From positions 183,760-247,759 of the forward strand of contig NIVC01000463.1 in the NCBI GenBank assembly GCA_002269645.1: a stretch of 64,000 bases of DNA, read 5' to 3'. The stretch is from Macrostomum lignano. Its lineage: Eukaryota. Within the stretch, counting starts at the first letter, position 1; every line of letters starts with the position of its first letter. The notes under the pieces are model-generated. The model did no database searches. It saw only the letters and a list, made by a program, of their open reading frames with translations, and was not told the DNA's origin. Below, piece by piece: positions 13,831-25,911 of the stretch. A program made the position numbers and the translations under genes.

Positions 13831-14500
13831 GGCCAGCCTCCCTGATCCCCAGTTGCTGGGCCAGCCTCTCAGATCCTCAGTTGCTGGTGGACCTGCCTCC
13901 CTGATCCCCAGTTGCTGGGCCAGCCTCTCAGATCCTCAGTTGCTGGTGGACCTGCCTTCCAGATCCTCAGTTGCTGGGCCAGCCTCCCAGATCCCCAGTT
14001 GCTGAGCCTCCCAGATCCTCAGTTGCTGGGCCAGCCTCCCAGATCCTCAGTTGCTGGGCCAGCCTCCCAGATCCTCAGTTGCTGGGCCAGCCTCCCAGAT
14101 CCTCAGTTGCTGGGCTGCCAGCCTCCCAGATCCTCAGTTGCTGGGCCAGCCTCCAAGATCCTCAGTTGCTGGGCCAGCCTCCCAGATCCTCAGTTGCTGG
14201 GCTAGCCAGACTCCCAGATCCTCAGTTGCTGGGCTAGCCTCCCAGATCCTCAGGTGCTGGGCCAGCCAGCCTCTTAGATCCTCAGTTGCTGGGCCAGCCT
14301 CCCAGATCCTCAGTTGCTGGGCCAGCCTCCCAGATCCTCAGTTGCTGGGCCAGCCTCCCAGATCCTCAGGTGCTGGGCCAGCCAGCCTCTTAGATCCTCA
14401 GTTGCTGGGCCAGCCTCCCAGATCCTCAGTTGCTTGGCCAGCCTCCCAGATCCTCAGGTGCTGGGCCAGCCTCCCAGATCCTCAGTTGCTGGGCCAGCCT
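13831..14500. repeat. ~28-bp minisatellite (gctgggccagcctcccagatcctcagtt)n
   Basis: About 24 units. Source of overlapping repetitive ORFs. Confidence 0.95.
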
Positions 14501-15430
14501 TCACCCCTTGGACAATAAAATTTAGCAGTCTAGCTGCGGCAACTCGGCACTGACTGTATTATTACCTTCTGTGATTTATTTCGTTTTTTCGTAAATTTTT
14601 GTTAACACATTCCCACCAGAAACTGTAAGTAGTCTGTGATGATTTTATCGCTATTTAACGTTCATTCCAATAACTACTCTGTAGGGACTGCTGCCATTTA
14701 ACCGAATGTATATAGAGCAACTTTTTTGTCACATGGTCGCCGGATTGTCTGTTTTATTAATTTCGTTTTTGATTTGTTTTACGTCGTGTGCGCGTTCCGT
14801 TTTTTTAAAGTAGAGCGAGTACTTTCTCTCCCGAGATATCAGGGCTTGCTCTCCGTATCGGACACACCGCTTTCATTCACCGGCTGTGCTGGCTTCGATT
14901 CTAAATGATTTGTTTTGCAAAATTATTTCGCTTCTCGTATGTAAATTCTTTTTAAAACCGCTTCTATATATTCAATTATATGGCTCAATTTTTTACTTAT
15001 TATACTACGTATAGATTGGTTATCGTATTGTGTATTGATTTTCCTACTTGCTAAATTAAGGTGTTTACGTGCTTTATTACTACTGACCAACGCTATCGCC
15101 TTACATTCCAGTACCCTGTTGTTCAACTTTACAATTTAAGTAAGCATCAACAAAATCATTCCCTCCTCCTTGGACGCCTTGCTTCGGCTTTTGCTTCATT
15201 TACTCAACAATGGTGATCTTTTCTATGCCTCCTTACTACTGTTAGTAAGTAGCTGCTCATTTTAAAATAAGCGTAAATTCTATCAGCGGCGCATCTGAGA
15301 GTACGACTACACGGATTTTGTGCTTTAATCAAATATATGAAACTGATTGATTCAAATTGAGTAATTTTCTGCTCATTTTTATTCATATTTTTGTCTCATT
15401 TTTCATCCAGTTTACTGAACTACCGCAAAA

Positions 15431-16138
15431 GTCGCCCTTCACTCCCTTCAAGAGTCGCCCTTCACCCCTTCAAGAGTCGCCCTTCACCCCTTCAAGAGTC
15501 GGCCTCCACCCCTTCAAGAGTCGGCCTCCACCCCTTCAAGAGTCGCCCTTCAACCCTTCAAGAGTCGCCCTTCACCCCTTCAAGAGTCGCCCTTCACACC
15601 CTCCAAGAGTCACCCTTCACCCCTTAAACAGTCGCCCTTCCACCCCTTCAAGATTCGCCATCCACCCCTTTAAGAGTCGCCATTCACCCCCTTCAAGAGT
15701 CGCCCTTCACCCTTTCAAGAGTCGCCCTTCACCCCTTAAAGAGTCGCCCTTCACCCTTTCAAGAGTCGCCCTTCACCCCCTTCAAGAGTCGCCCTTCACC
15801 CTTTCAAGAGTCGCCCTTCACCCCCTTCAAGAGTCGCCCTTCACCCTTTCAAGCGTCGCCCTTCACCCCCTTCAAGAGTCGACCTTCACCCCCTTCAAGA
15901 GTCGCCCTTCACCCTTAAAGAGTCGCCCTTCACCCCCTTCAAGAGTCGCCCTTCACCCCTTAAAGAGTCGCCCTTCACCCTTTCAAGAGTCGCCCTTCAC
16001 CCTTTCAAGAGTCGCCCTCCACCCCTTTCAAGAGTCGCCCTTCACCCCTTCAAGAGTCGCCCTTCACCCTTTCAAGAGTCGCCCTTCACCCCTTCAATAG
16101 TCGCCCTTCACCCCTTCAATAGTCGCCCTTCACCCCTT
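15431..16138. repeat. 22-23-bp minisatellite (agagtcgcccttcaccccttca)n
   Basis: About 31 units. Confidence 0.95.
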
Positions 16139-16317
16139 ACTGGCCCCAGTAGCAATATTTTAATGTTGGCTACTTTGTTAATAATTTACCTTGAAGTTCG
16201 CTTTAATAAGCTTGTTTCTTACTTTCCCCTTATGCCAACAGATTTTCTTGTTCGAGCATAAGTCGAGCATAGTAACTAACTGTTTAAACCATTGCTGCAC
16301 GATAGCCGAAATCCCGA

Positions 16318-17166
16318 ATGGCTAGCAAGACTGCCAAGTCTGTCGCCAAGTACGTTGGCTCCTACGCTCGCGCCATGGTGCAGCGCCACGAGGAGCTGAT
16401 GCAGCGCCGACTGCAGGACGAAAGTGTCAAGACCAGAGCTGACAAGCTCATGATGACTTCCGCCCAACATAGGAAGGTATGCCAATTTGCTGTTTGCTGA
16501 ATATCTATCTACTCGTAGATATTTTCTCTATCGATAGTCGCAACTTTCACTCGCTCAATATTCGCAATTTTCACTCTCTCAATATTCACAACTGTCACTC
16601 TCTCAGTAGTCTCAACTGTCACTCAATAGTCACAACTGTCACTCTCTTAATCGTCACAACTGTCACTCTCTCAATAGTCTCAACTGTCACTCTCTCAATA
16701 GTCTCAACTGTCACTCTGTCAGTAGTCTCAACTGTCACTCTCTCAATAGTCTCAACTGTCACTCTCTCAATAGTCTCAACTGTCACTCTGTCAATAGTCT
16801 CAACTGTCACTCTGTCAATAGTCTCAACTGTCACTCTCAGTGGTAGACTTTCACTCTTACAATAGTCGAATTTCACTCTCAATAGTCACCTGCCCACTCT
16901 CCCCAACAAAGGTGGGCCTAGTGGACGATGACCAGCTGTACGACACGTATCGCGATCACGTGCACGAAGCGATCCAACGTTTGCCACGCGAAGAACAGGA
17001 GGGCCGCGTGTTCCGCCATGTGCAGGCCGCTTACCTGAGCGCTAGACACGAGATTCTGCCAAAGGAAGAACAAATCACAGAGGCCAACAATCGGCCGTAC
17101 GCCATTCTCTACGTTAACGATGCCCTAGACGAGATGCACGCTAAGCTGTACTGGGAGCACCAGTGA
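16318..17166 (+). CDS. UQCRB: Cytochrome b-c1 complex subunit 7 (UQCRB/QCR7), 137 aa, exons 16318-16476 and 16912-17166
   Basis: Phase-0 intron gtatgc...caaag. The spliced protein GLVDDDQLYD...HEAIQRLP...RVFRHVQAAYLSARHEILPKEE matches the UQCRB pattern GLxxDD...EAIRRLP...RxFRIxRAxxL...ILPKE. Confidence 0.85.
16538..16890. repeat. 24-bp minisatellite (ctcaactgtcactctctcaatagt)n in the UQCRB intron
   Basis: About 14 units filling intron 16477-16911. Confidence 0.95.
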
Positions 17167-17693
17167 TTTTATTCTGGAAAAATAATGATAAGACTCATAT
17201 AAACACGAGCTAGTAATTGGTGGACAATTTAGAATAGTTTATAATATGCTCATATGCTGTTACAGTTCGGCTATAGCTCTTGTTATTTGATTGAACCCCA
17301 ACCCCTCTCACAACCCACAGATTTTATTGTAGTAGTTTCTCTATTAGCAATGCTGCAATCTTAAAAACTGCAGACTTAGCAACAAACTCTTAATAACACC
17401 TAGTTAGTATTTTTTATTTCAAATGAACTTGCAATAGCGAATTCAGCTGTCGGTTAGAAAAAAGCTACACACGACAAACAAAATAATAACGCGCTCTGGC
17501 CCAGTTGCAACATAAATTTTGCGATTTCGTTTTCTCAGTTAGGTAAAAATAGTTTTATCCGATACGTGGATGAATTTTAGTAATTTCTTTTTCGTTTTTA
17601 GACAGCAGTAATATGTGAAAAAATCTAAACAATCTTTAAGAGCCGTAGTTTTTAATCAATTGTTTTTAGCGGCAATTCATTTGCTACCTCTTA

Positions 17694-17962
17694 AGCCTAG
17701 TGGCTTAAAGCGTCTGAGGTCGGAGGTTCGATTCCCTCGACCCACTCGGAATAATTTGTGTCCTTAACAAGACATTTAAACTGTGCATTGCTTCAGTTCA
17801 CCCAGCTGTAAAATGGGTGCCAACATTATCTGGGGTAATTGATGGTGTGTGTGGGACCCCCCCCCCCCCAGTCCTTGGACTGAACAGCCGTACGCAGCCT
17901 TCAAAATAGCTGCGGCTGAGCTGTCGGTTGCACATCTAGTCCAATGGGGGCAGGTGTAATAA
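17694..17962 (+). mobile_element. CORE-type tRNA-SINE (family A) copy
   Basis: Same head, CORE and 3' region as 11117-11417, with internal deletions and an expanded poly-C run. Confidence 0.85.
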
Positions 17963-18641
17963 AAATTGCTACGTTTTTGTAGCTACATGTACGTCCTTCT
18001 TGTAATGTAATTGGAGTGAAATATTAGACAGCAAGATTTCAGTATTCTGTTCGGTTATGATAAGATATTCTATGGGTTTGAGGTCGGTATGTGAAATACC
18101 GACTGAAAACCCCATAGAATATCGTATTTAAACTACTTTAAATTTGCGGGATGTATTCAGATAAATCCCGCAGCCATACTTGTATGTCTATGGTTGAAGT
18201 TGGGGATGGGGGTGTGGGGGCGAAGCCCCCACATTCTTACCATAGACAAAATTTCATAAAGAAATTTCTCGAATCACGAAGGAAGAGAAGAGAGAAGCTC
18301 GCTTATTTAGGTACATACAATAATCCTTGCAATATGTCCGGGAAAGTGATCGATTAAATCCCGCGAAATAAAATCTATGTCAATAACCTCCCTGAAAGTG
18401 AGCTTTAAAGTGGTTTAAATACCATTATTACATGTATATGCATACGTATACGAGTTTTTTATTTATTGAAGCCGGCCATAGATAATTGCAGCGGGCGGGT
18501 TGCTGTGCGCTTCACCCGTTTCAACACGCCTAGGCTAACTAATAAATATTCTTTTGATATCTGGCAATGCGCAGATATTAAGCATAACAATTTTATTCGC
18601 CTATGGTATAGTCAAATGAGTTCCAAATCTGAAACGGCTTC

Positions 18642-20935
18642 ATGCGACATCTTGCGTTAATTCTCTGTCTACTGGGCTGTTTCGCCCTGCGCTCAACTGC
18701 CAATCGCTCTCCTGCCGCCAGTTCGACGTGTCGCACGCCAGAGAATGCGCCAGCCTAACCAACCGGCTGCTCAGCTGGATGAATCGGGACGCAAATCCTT
18801 GCGCTGACTTCTACGAATACGCCTGCGGAGGCTTTGACCGCGCCACCGTCAACTATACCGCTTTGTTTGATCACACCGATTGGCCATCTGGCAGGCAGTT
18901 GGACGCCAAAGTTATGTACTCTGACGTACTGAATCGACAGGTGCACGACGTTCTTAATCGCGACGATCTGTTTAATGACACAAACGTTAGCAACAATGAA
19001 GTTTATAGCTTTGCTAGGGCGTTCTTCAATAGCTGCTCCGAGTGGATGATTTCTGGTTCTGAAAGCAATGGAAGCAAAATTTCAACCGACTTCCTACTCG
19101 GCATTCTCCATCCACTGCTGGCTGAAGTTCGAGCTGGACAGAAATTCCAGGCGGAAGCGTTCTTGGCTGCGCTAGTCAGAAGCGGTAGTAGCGACGCGTT
19201 GAAAGTGTCTATTCCTGACGAAATGCTGCGCGGAAGCGCGGTAGTTTCGAATCACTATCTGTCGGACACATGGGTTTCTGGTTATGAACATCTTGTGACT
19301 GAATTGAGCTTAAATTCGAATGCCTTGGACATTAAAGAAAGTCTTGCGAAGGAGGATTTTTCAGGAGCAATTCAGAAAGTTTATCTAACGGCTACCTATT
19401 TCAACCGAAGTAGCCTAGACGATGGCCTAGAAGTATTCGACGCCCTAAACAGCTCATTAAAAAAACGAATCATGGATTCCGCAATGCGTCGGGGCCCTGA
19501 ATGTGTCGGACTTGACCAAGATGAGCGAGAATATGTCGCTATACCAACTGGATCAGCTCAGCAGGTGCTCGACTAATGCGAAACACTTTATTTGGACTGA
19601 ATTTTTCCAGCGAGTCGTTGGACCGAATAACACTTTCGTTTTGTCGAACAACTTCAAAGTTGTCAATCTTTTGTCGGTAATTAACTTTGCCAACTACTTC
19701 AAACAGTACGAGCCAACAAATGAGAATGAATTTCTTCGAAGCAAGCAGTCGTCATTTCTGCTGCTAACATGGCTGGCTGCATTTGAAAAGTTCTTCCCGA
19801 ATGACGATTACAAAAAATTATACTGCACAGCTGCGTAGAAACGAGGGCCAACTGAGATGCTTGAAATTTGCAAAGTGGCGACTGCAGGACATAGTTGCTG
19901 AAATGCTGGACAAGCGGTTTGCCAAAGTTTCACCGAATAATACGCTGATTGCCAATCAAATCCTGGAAATAGAACTCGTCATCGGGGCAAAGTTGATTAA
20001 GATGGGTAATTTTTCCAATCAGTCTCACCGTTTCCTAGCCAAACACAGATGGGACGCCCTCGTTCACAGAATCGCTTTTGATTACCTGACAGAGTCGAGG
20101 CTCAATTTCTTTTATAAGCCGAGTAATTTAAACAACTTTAGTGACTTAAATTCACCTACCAGTGTCTTTGGTAGTCTGCTATCGACATCTCTTCGAGCGA
20201 ATTGGCGCAACGGTTTTCTAGGCTTACTTACTAAAGAGCGAAACGCGCGCGCATTTGACCTTGTGAATCCTCTGTCTGACAAAGCGGTGAAGTTTGTCAG
20301 TAACTTTTTATATCATCAGACAGTCCTACCGCTTGGAATGCTGTCTCCTCCAGCACTTCACCACTCCAACCCGACTTATATGACCTTGGCTGGCTTTGGG
20401 TTGGCTTTGGCTAAGTCATTCGGTGGTATTGCCTTCGACGAAGATGTCGTAAGAAATTTGCTATCTTCGAAACACATGTCCACACAGTTGTCCGTCTGCT
20501 TGACGAATCAGTACATGAAAATGCACAGCAACAATGCCTCGTGGAATTTCATTGATAGTAGTCAGCGTACTCTGCTGTCATTGGATAATCAACTACGGCA
20601 GAGACTCCACGAGTACGTGCTCGACGTGTGCTGGCTGTACAGCACATTGCCTATGGTTTAGAGTTGGTTCCACGGTTGTTCAGTGACGCACGAATGCCAG
20701 TGCAGAGTCGGCGGCTCTGAACTTGACGCCTAGTAAACTGTTCTTTCTGCGGATTGCTCAAAACTGGTGCTCTTCGACCACCGGGCCTGACAACTCGCGC
20801 CAAGTTGACTGGGCCAAGGCCACGGTTAACGGAGCCGTTATGAACACGAATCAGTTCTCATCCGTGTTCCATTGTGCCGTGGGTGAACCGTTGAATCCCG
20901 CAAAGAAATGCATTCGATGGAACCAAGTGCTCTGA
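18642..20935 (+). pseudogene. Intronless neprilysin/M13 peptidase-like gene, secreted type, no HExxH, five frameshifts
   Basis: Signal peptide MRHLALILCLLGCFAL; CRTPE-C; MNRDANPCADFYEYACGGF; VLPLGMLSPP; C-terminal LFFLRIAQNWC...FSSVFHC...LNPAKKCIRW. Frame breaks near 18735, 19460 (A7), 19815 (A6), 20645 and 20700. The HExxH position reads LAKSF. Confidence 0.8.
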
Positions 20936-21046
20936 ATTGATCATTTTAAATCGAGATAAAATACATTACAGCCTGCACTATAAGAAGAGTCTCGTGACTT
21001 CGTCCTAAAGAAGAACATATTTATCTGACTAATCAGTTCGGTTCAA

Positions 21047-21241
21047 TGGGCCGTATGCAGAAAGCTCTGTCTAGGGTAGTCCGGTCTTGAAAGGCTAGTC
21101 TAGACTTGGATTTGGTATGCAGAAACACAAAGTTAGACCAGTCTACTATAGCAGAACTAGGCTAGCTAGACCATAGACTATAGACTGAACTACCCAAGTC
21201 CGGACTAGCTAGTCTGGACTAGGCTTTCTGCATACGGCCCA
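21047..21241. mobile_element. ~195-bp MITE, PIF/Harbinger-like termini
   Basis: Perfect 19-bp terminal inverted repeats TGGGCCGTATGCAGAAAGC. No clean TSD. Confidence 0.7.
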
Positions 21242-21309
21242 ACATCTCAATTTTTGTTGATATGTGTAGGAGCGTGTAGCTTTGTGTGCTAGCTTGAACG
21301 TGCTCGCAA

Positions 21310-21346
21310 CAGGGACAACTAAAACAACAGGTTTTAGTTGTCCCTG
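21310..21346. mobile_element. 37-bp hAT-like micro-element
   Basis: Perfect 16-bp inverted repeat CAGGGACAACTAAAAC around a 5-nt spacer, flanked by the 8-bp direct repeat GCTCGCAA (21302-21309 and 21347-21354). Confidence 0.75.
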
Positions 21347-23380
21347 GCTCGCAAGTTATTTATATTTTCGTTTCCGTCTATGGCATAAAAATGCTACAGT
21401 ACAGAATCTGACTGCGGCTAAAATAGAGCCAGCCGACTATTAGGAAAATAAAAAGCAATTGCTGAAAGTGAAAGCAGCAAATCACTGCGCCTCAATGTAA
21501 GATCTCATTCGATCTTAAATCTTAAATGTTAGAAAGATCTTAAATGTTAAGATCTCATTTGACCTAACGAGAGGTCCAACAATATGTACTCTTTATCTTT
21601 TTATAACAAAACCTTTTTCAAAATTAACGAGAATTTCGTCATAACTTTTTGATAAGTCAAGAATTTGCTACTTTAACATGTTATGCAGCTTAATATTATG
21701 CAGCTTAAAAAAACAAAATCCTCGACAACTTTTCTCCCTAAAACAGCAGAAAGAGCAGCCCAGCAATGAAGTGCAGCAGCAGCTTCGAAGTTTTAAACTT
21801 TTTCAGGCCTAAAGACTATGGGAAAAATCTTACGAGATAATTTTTTAATCTTGAGATCTGGACTTGTAGAATTAAGACAAGATTCTACAGTGATAAAGAT
21901 TACAAATATGTAATGAATATTGATTCGTTAATCCTATAGTAGACAATAACGAAGTTACTACGTCTTGCATCAGATTTGGTTCTGGCTAGGACATCCAGAT
22001 GTCTAAGCAAAACTGTCTGCAGTGGGCGGCCCTCGAAACTCATGCCGATTCCAGAATCCCAGTATGCCCTCGAGACTCATTTCCGGGAGTCTCTCGATTC
22101 CTCTTATTTTCTTCTTTTATTTGACAAATTCAATTTTCACCATTCGAAAAGGAATTAACTTGTCATGATATTCATTCTTCGAATTTCCGCATCGTAAAAT
22201 GAATCTGTTAAAAAGCGTGCAACAAAGATCTAAGCAATATTAATAGGGCTCAAGTTGGGAAGCCTACAAAAGTGTCGGGTGCTATCACTTCAAAAGCTTC
22301 CTCAATTGCAACCAAGAGTAACTTTGAACTATAGTATAGTTTAGTTTTCAGTATAGTTTTCTACTCCCACTCACTAGTTACAATTTTGCTACAACTTAAT
22401 GTACTTTAGTGGCTTAAAAGTAATCAGCAAGTCTGAATTTACCAAACCTATAACGGCTTTAAGCCTTTATCGTTATGTTTGCCCCGAGACAAGAAGCTTC
22501 TAGATCAGCTCTGTCTACAATACCTGTATGGGAGTGCGGGCACCTGTCCGCTTGCTGTGCACTGGAAAATTATAGCCCATTGAGTTCTTAGCGGAGAATA
22601 TATGGTAAACTGGTCCCATTCGCCCAGTGGCCAGACTTCTTTAACTTGTTGGTCCAACATGGACAAATATGGCTTCAGTACAGGCTGCCTTATCAACCTG
22701 GCATGCGGACACATCACCTACAACTTATAATTGACCCTCTTTACGGACCAACAGATTGGGTCCTTCTTTGCCACAGGTATACAGCATAGTCTTCAAGATT
22801 ATTAATTTATGGATTCTTGTTGATTTCCAAGTTTAAGTTGAGTCCAAGTCGTACTTTAACCTCCGTTTGTCGGGATTTTGTAAAAATAGCTTTTTTGCCT
22901 CTGATCTTGCTCGAAGCGACAGGCTCCATGCATCGGGGCTAAAAGCCCATGCGGTGTCCTGCGAAAGGTCGCATCAAGCTTAATTAAATCAAACTAAATG
23001 TACAAGCGTGCCTTTATCAGTATTATAGGAATTATTAATGATTTGAAATTTTTCGAACAAAATAACTGAAATCTGTAGCAGGTCTGCATGCGTACAATAA
23101 AAAGCCTGTACCTGACCACCGGTAAAACCGCAGTCAAAGTCATCCGTTTTTCTTTTTTGCGGAAATAGTTTTTTGCTAGAACGAATTTCCCCTCAACCCT
23201 GGAAGATTAGAAGTCTTTTCCGTCTTTCCTCGAGCCCAAGATCCCGCTCAAATCCTACTGGCTGAGTTAAATCCCTGGAAAAGATCACGTAATTAACGTT
23301 ATAAAAGGGCCACAGAAGCTACATGCATAATGCAAGTCTGCCTGCCTGTCTGTCGATTAAACAAAGATTTAAACTGTTAG

Positions 23381-23782
23381 ATGGAGCCCCAGATTCGCAT
23401 AGACTTTGCTGATGCTCAGGAAGAGCCCGCCGGCAGCAGCGTCAAGCCCGAGTCGAATGTCACGAGCGACGCGGTTGTCGATAAGCGGCGGCTGAATCTC
23501 TCTCTGCCCGCGCAGCCAGCGCAACGCTCCCGCCGATCCAGATCGCTGCCCTCGGTACACAGCGACGAGGCGGACACCGGCGAGCTGCGGCATCGGCTGC
23601 GGCAGCTGGCCCTACAGCGCAGCCCGGATCTGCCGGCGCAAGGCCAGGCGGCCAAGCTGGCCATGGACACCATGCCGCTGCCAACCGACCTCAGCAAGCA
23701 GCTGCGCCGTCGTTCGTTCGACTTCTCAGCCTTGCAGAATCTTGACGCCATTCAGGAGGGCGGCGAGGGTGCCGAGGGTTGA
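23381..23782 (+). CDS. 133-aa disordered orphan protein (single exon or terminal exon)
   Basis: GC-rich, codon-like ORF in AT-rich flanks. ATG directly follows the acceptor tgttag. Motifs RSRSLP, RRRSF and LDAIQE. Confidence 0.6.
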   Translation: MEPQIRIDFADAQEEPAGSSVKPESNVTSDAVVDKRRLNLSLPAQPAQRSRRSRSLPSVHSDEADTGELRHRLRQLALQRSPDLPAQGQAAKLAMDTMPLPTDLSKQLRRRSFDFSALQNLDAIQEGGEGAEG

Positions 23783-24157
23783 ATCTGATGAGCAGACGAA
23801 AGCAGGACATTGCATGGGCTGTTCGAGAGTAGCAATGACCTCTATTTGTTACTAGACGCAGTCAAGGACCATTTGGGGTCGCTTGTGTTTGATTAAAAGT
23901 ACAGCTTTATACGCGTACAAGTTTACAAGTTTTCAAGTTCAAATCAGAAAAAGTTACTGTGTGCATTGTCATTTTTACATATCTCTTAGGTAATCTCTAG
24001 ATAAAAAGCCTCTGGCTTCGAATTTGTTGGGACCCTCCTTCCGAGACTTGCTTCGAGTCAAATTCAATGGAACAGAATAATGTAATAATAATTGCAAGAG
24101 GTCTTTGGGCACCCTGGCGCAATGCGTCTGGCGATACATTCCACAAGTATCCGCGGA

Positions 24158-24350
24158 AGCGGATTCTGAAGGGTCCTGACCCCTGAGGTGTAAGCGGATT
24201 CTGAAGGGTCCTGACCCCTGAGGTGTAAGGGGATTCTGAAAGGTCTTGACCCGGAGGTGTAAGCGGATTCTAAAGGCTCTTGACCCTGAGGTGTAAGCGG
24301 ATTCTGAAGGGTCATGACCCTGAGTTAAGGAGCGGTTTCTGAAGGGTCTG
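24158..24350. repeat. 35-bp minisatellite (gcggattctgaagggtcctgacccctgaggtgtaa)n
   Basis: About 5-6 units. Confidence 0.9.
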
Positions 24351-24940
24351 AAGACAAAATTATTTATAGCTTAAGGTGAAACTAGATGCACTACATATGT
24401 AGCCAAATTCGCTTTAACCCTAATTCGCCATGTATACCGAAGCCATAAAAAAAGAGGTTTCATCTCTGTGTGTAGAGTTGTAACAAATAAAATGCCACAA
24501 TTTAAAAAATGCACCCTACTAGGAGCCTATGTGGCCATATATATCAAATTATGAACTTGCTTTTGCTGCCTATATTTTTTCGCACACTACAACTAACACA
24601 CTGAAATAACGATTAGGTAAAGAGTCATCATGCGACTTCAACATGGGCGTGTCTTATTGACAAGACTTAAACCGTGTTGCATACAGCTATGCGGACTTTG
24701 GCAGAGTACACCCGGGGGGCCCCGCCCCATGCAGTTTTGGCCAAATTCTAAAAATAAATTCTCAGCAGGGGGCTAGTAAGTAGGAAAAATTAATAACTAT
24801 ACTCTATAGCTATCGCAGTCAAAATGTTTAATCTTTTACCATTGTGGAGAGTAGGTTCTATACTGACTATGCTACTGTACAAGTAAGTAGCAACATTAGA
24901 CTGTTGATTAACAGCAGTCCGTTTTTTAGTTAGGGGGATT

Positions 24941-25233
24941 GTAGCCCTGTGATTAGAGCGTCGGCCTCGCAACTGGAACGTCCGGGGTTCGATTCTCCAC
25001 CTACTCGGAACAATTTGTGTCCTTGAGCAAGACACTTAACTTCAGTTCACCCAGCTGTAAAATGGGTGCCAGTATTAGCTGGGGTAATTGATGGTGTGTG
25101 TGGCGACCCCCCAGTCCTTGGACTGAACAGCCGTACGCAGCCTTCAGATGCGCCGCGCAATAGCTGCGGCTGAGCTGTCGGTTGCACAGCTGGCCCAAAC
25201 TGGGGCAGGTGTAATCAATTATTATTATTATTT
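24941..25233 (+). mobile_element. CORE-type tRNA-SINE (family A), full length
   Basis: Head gtagccctgtg, B box ggttcgattc, CORE, (att)n tail. Confidence 0.85.
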
Positions 25234-25911
25234 AGGAAATATTAATAAGAGCAGGAGGGTTGGAGGCCCGATCGGTTTTCGTTAAAAGCTGTGAAATTCT
25301 TAGATCTAGCGATTCCTTATACAGATTGTTTACCTGACGACAGGTTTTGGTTGTCATGACAACTGAAAATTTAAAATTTGTAACAATTTCATGAAAACTT
25401 CCATCTCAAAAAGTGACCTCCTTGCCTTATGACTGTCTGTATCACTTGTCCATCAGTTTTCTCCATGATTAAATGTATGCATGCATATAGCTAACCCAAA
25501 TGAATGAATTCGGAATTGTTCTGGGGAGCCCCAGATACTATCTGATAAATGACCCGGCCGGGTGACTGATGAGGGACACCAGGTTGCTGCGAACAAAGTC
25601 TGCTTTTGCCTGTAGTAAGGTTTTTTTCATCGCTTCCTTCGTGTAGTGAGGTACAGTATCTGTAGGCTGCAGCGCCAAGGTCAGAAAGGGGGAGAAGAGA
25701 GGTAAAGAAATGCCGCGGTGATAAATCCTTTGCGAGACCGCAGCGGAATGCCGCTGCTGTTCCGCCATCTGCGCAGATTTTTAACGGGTCGTTCGTCATT
25801 CCGCGCATGAAGTGGAAGTGGAGACCGTAAGAAAAGAAGAAATTCGATCTTGTTTCTTTTTCCGACTCCATTGTAGATGAGGCAACAGTCATAATAGGGG
25901 GGAGGGGGGTT

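Noticed and set aside
13757-16100. Repetitive ORFs over minisatellites (also 33589-33816, 40112-42438, 44300-44767, 46903-47981, 53009-53754)
   Set aside because: Open in several frames or strands simply because the unit lacks stops. They are repeat artefacts.
24941-25010. tRNA genes at the SINE heads (also 11350-11417, 17694-17750, 3850-3912)
   Set aside because: A and B boxes only, with no acceptor stem or cloverleaf. They continue into the SINE body.
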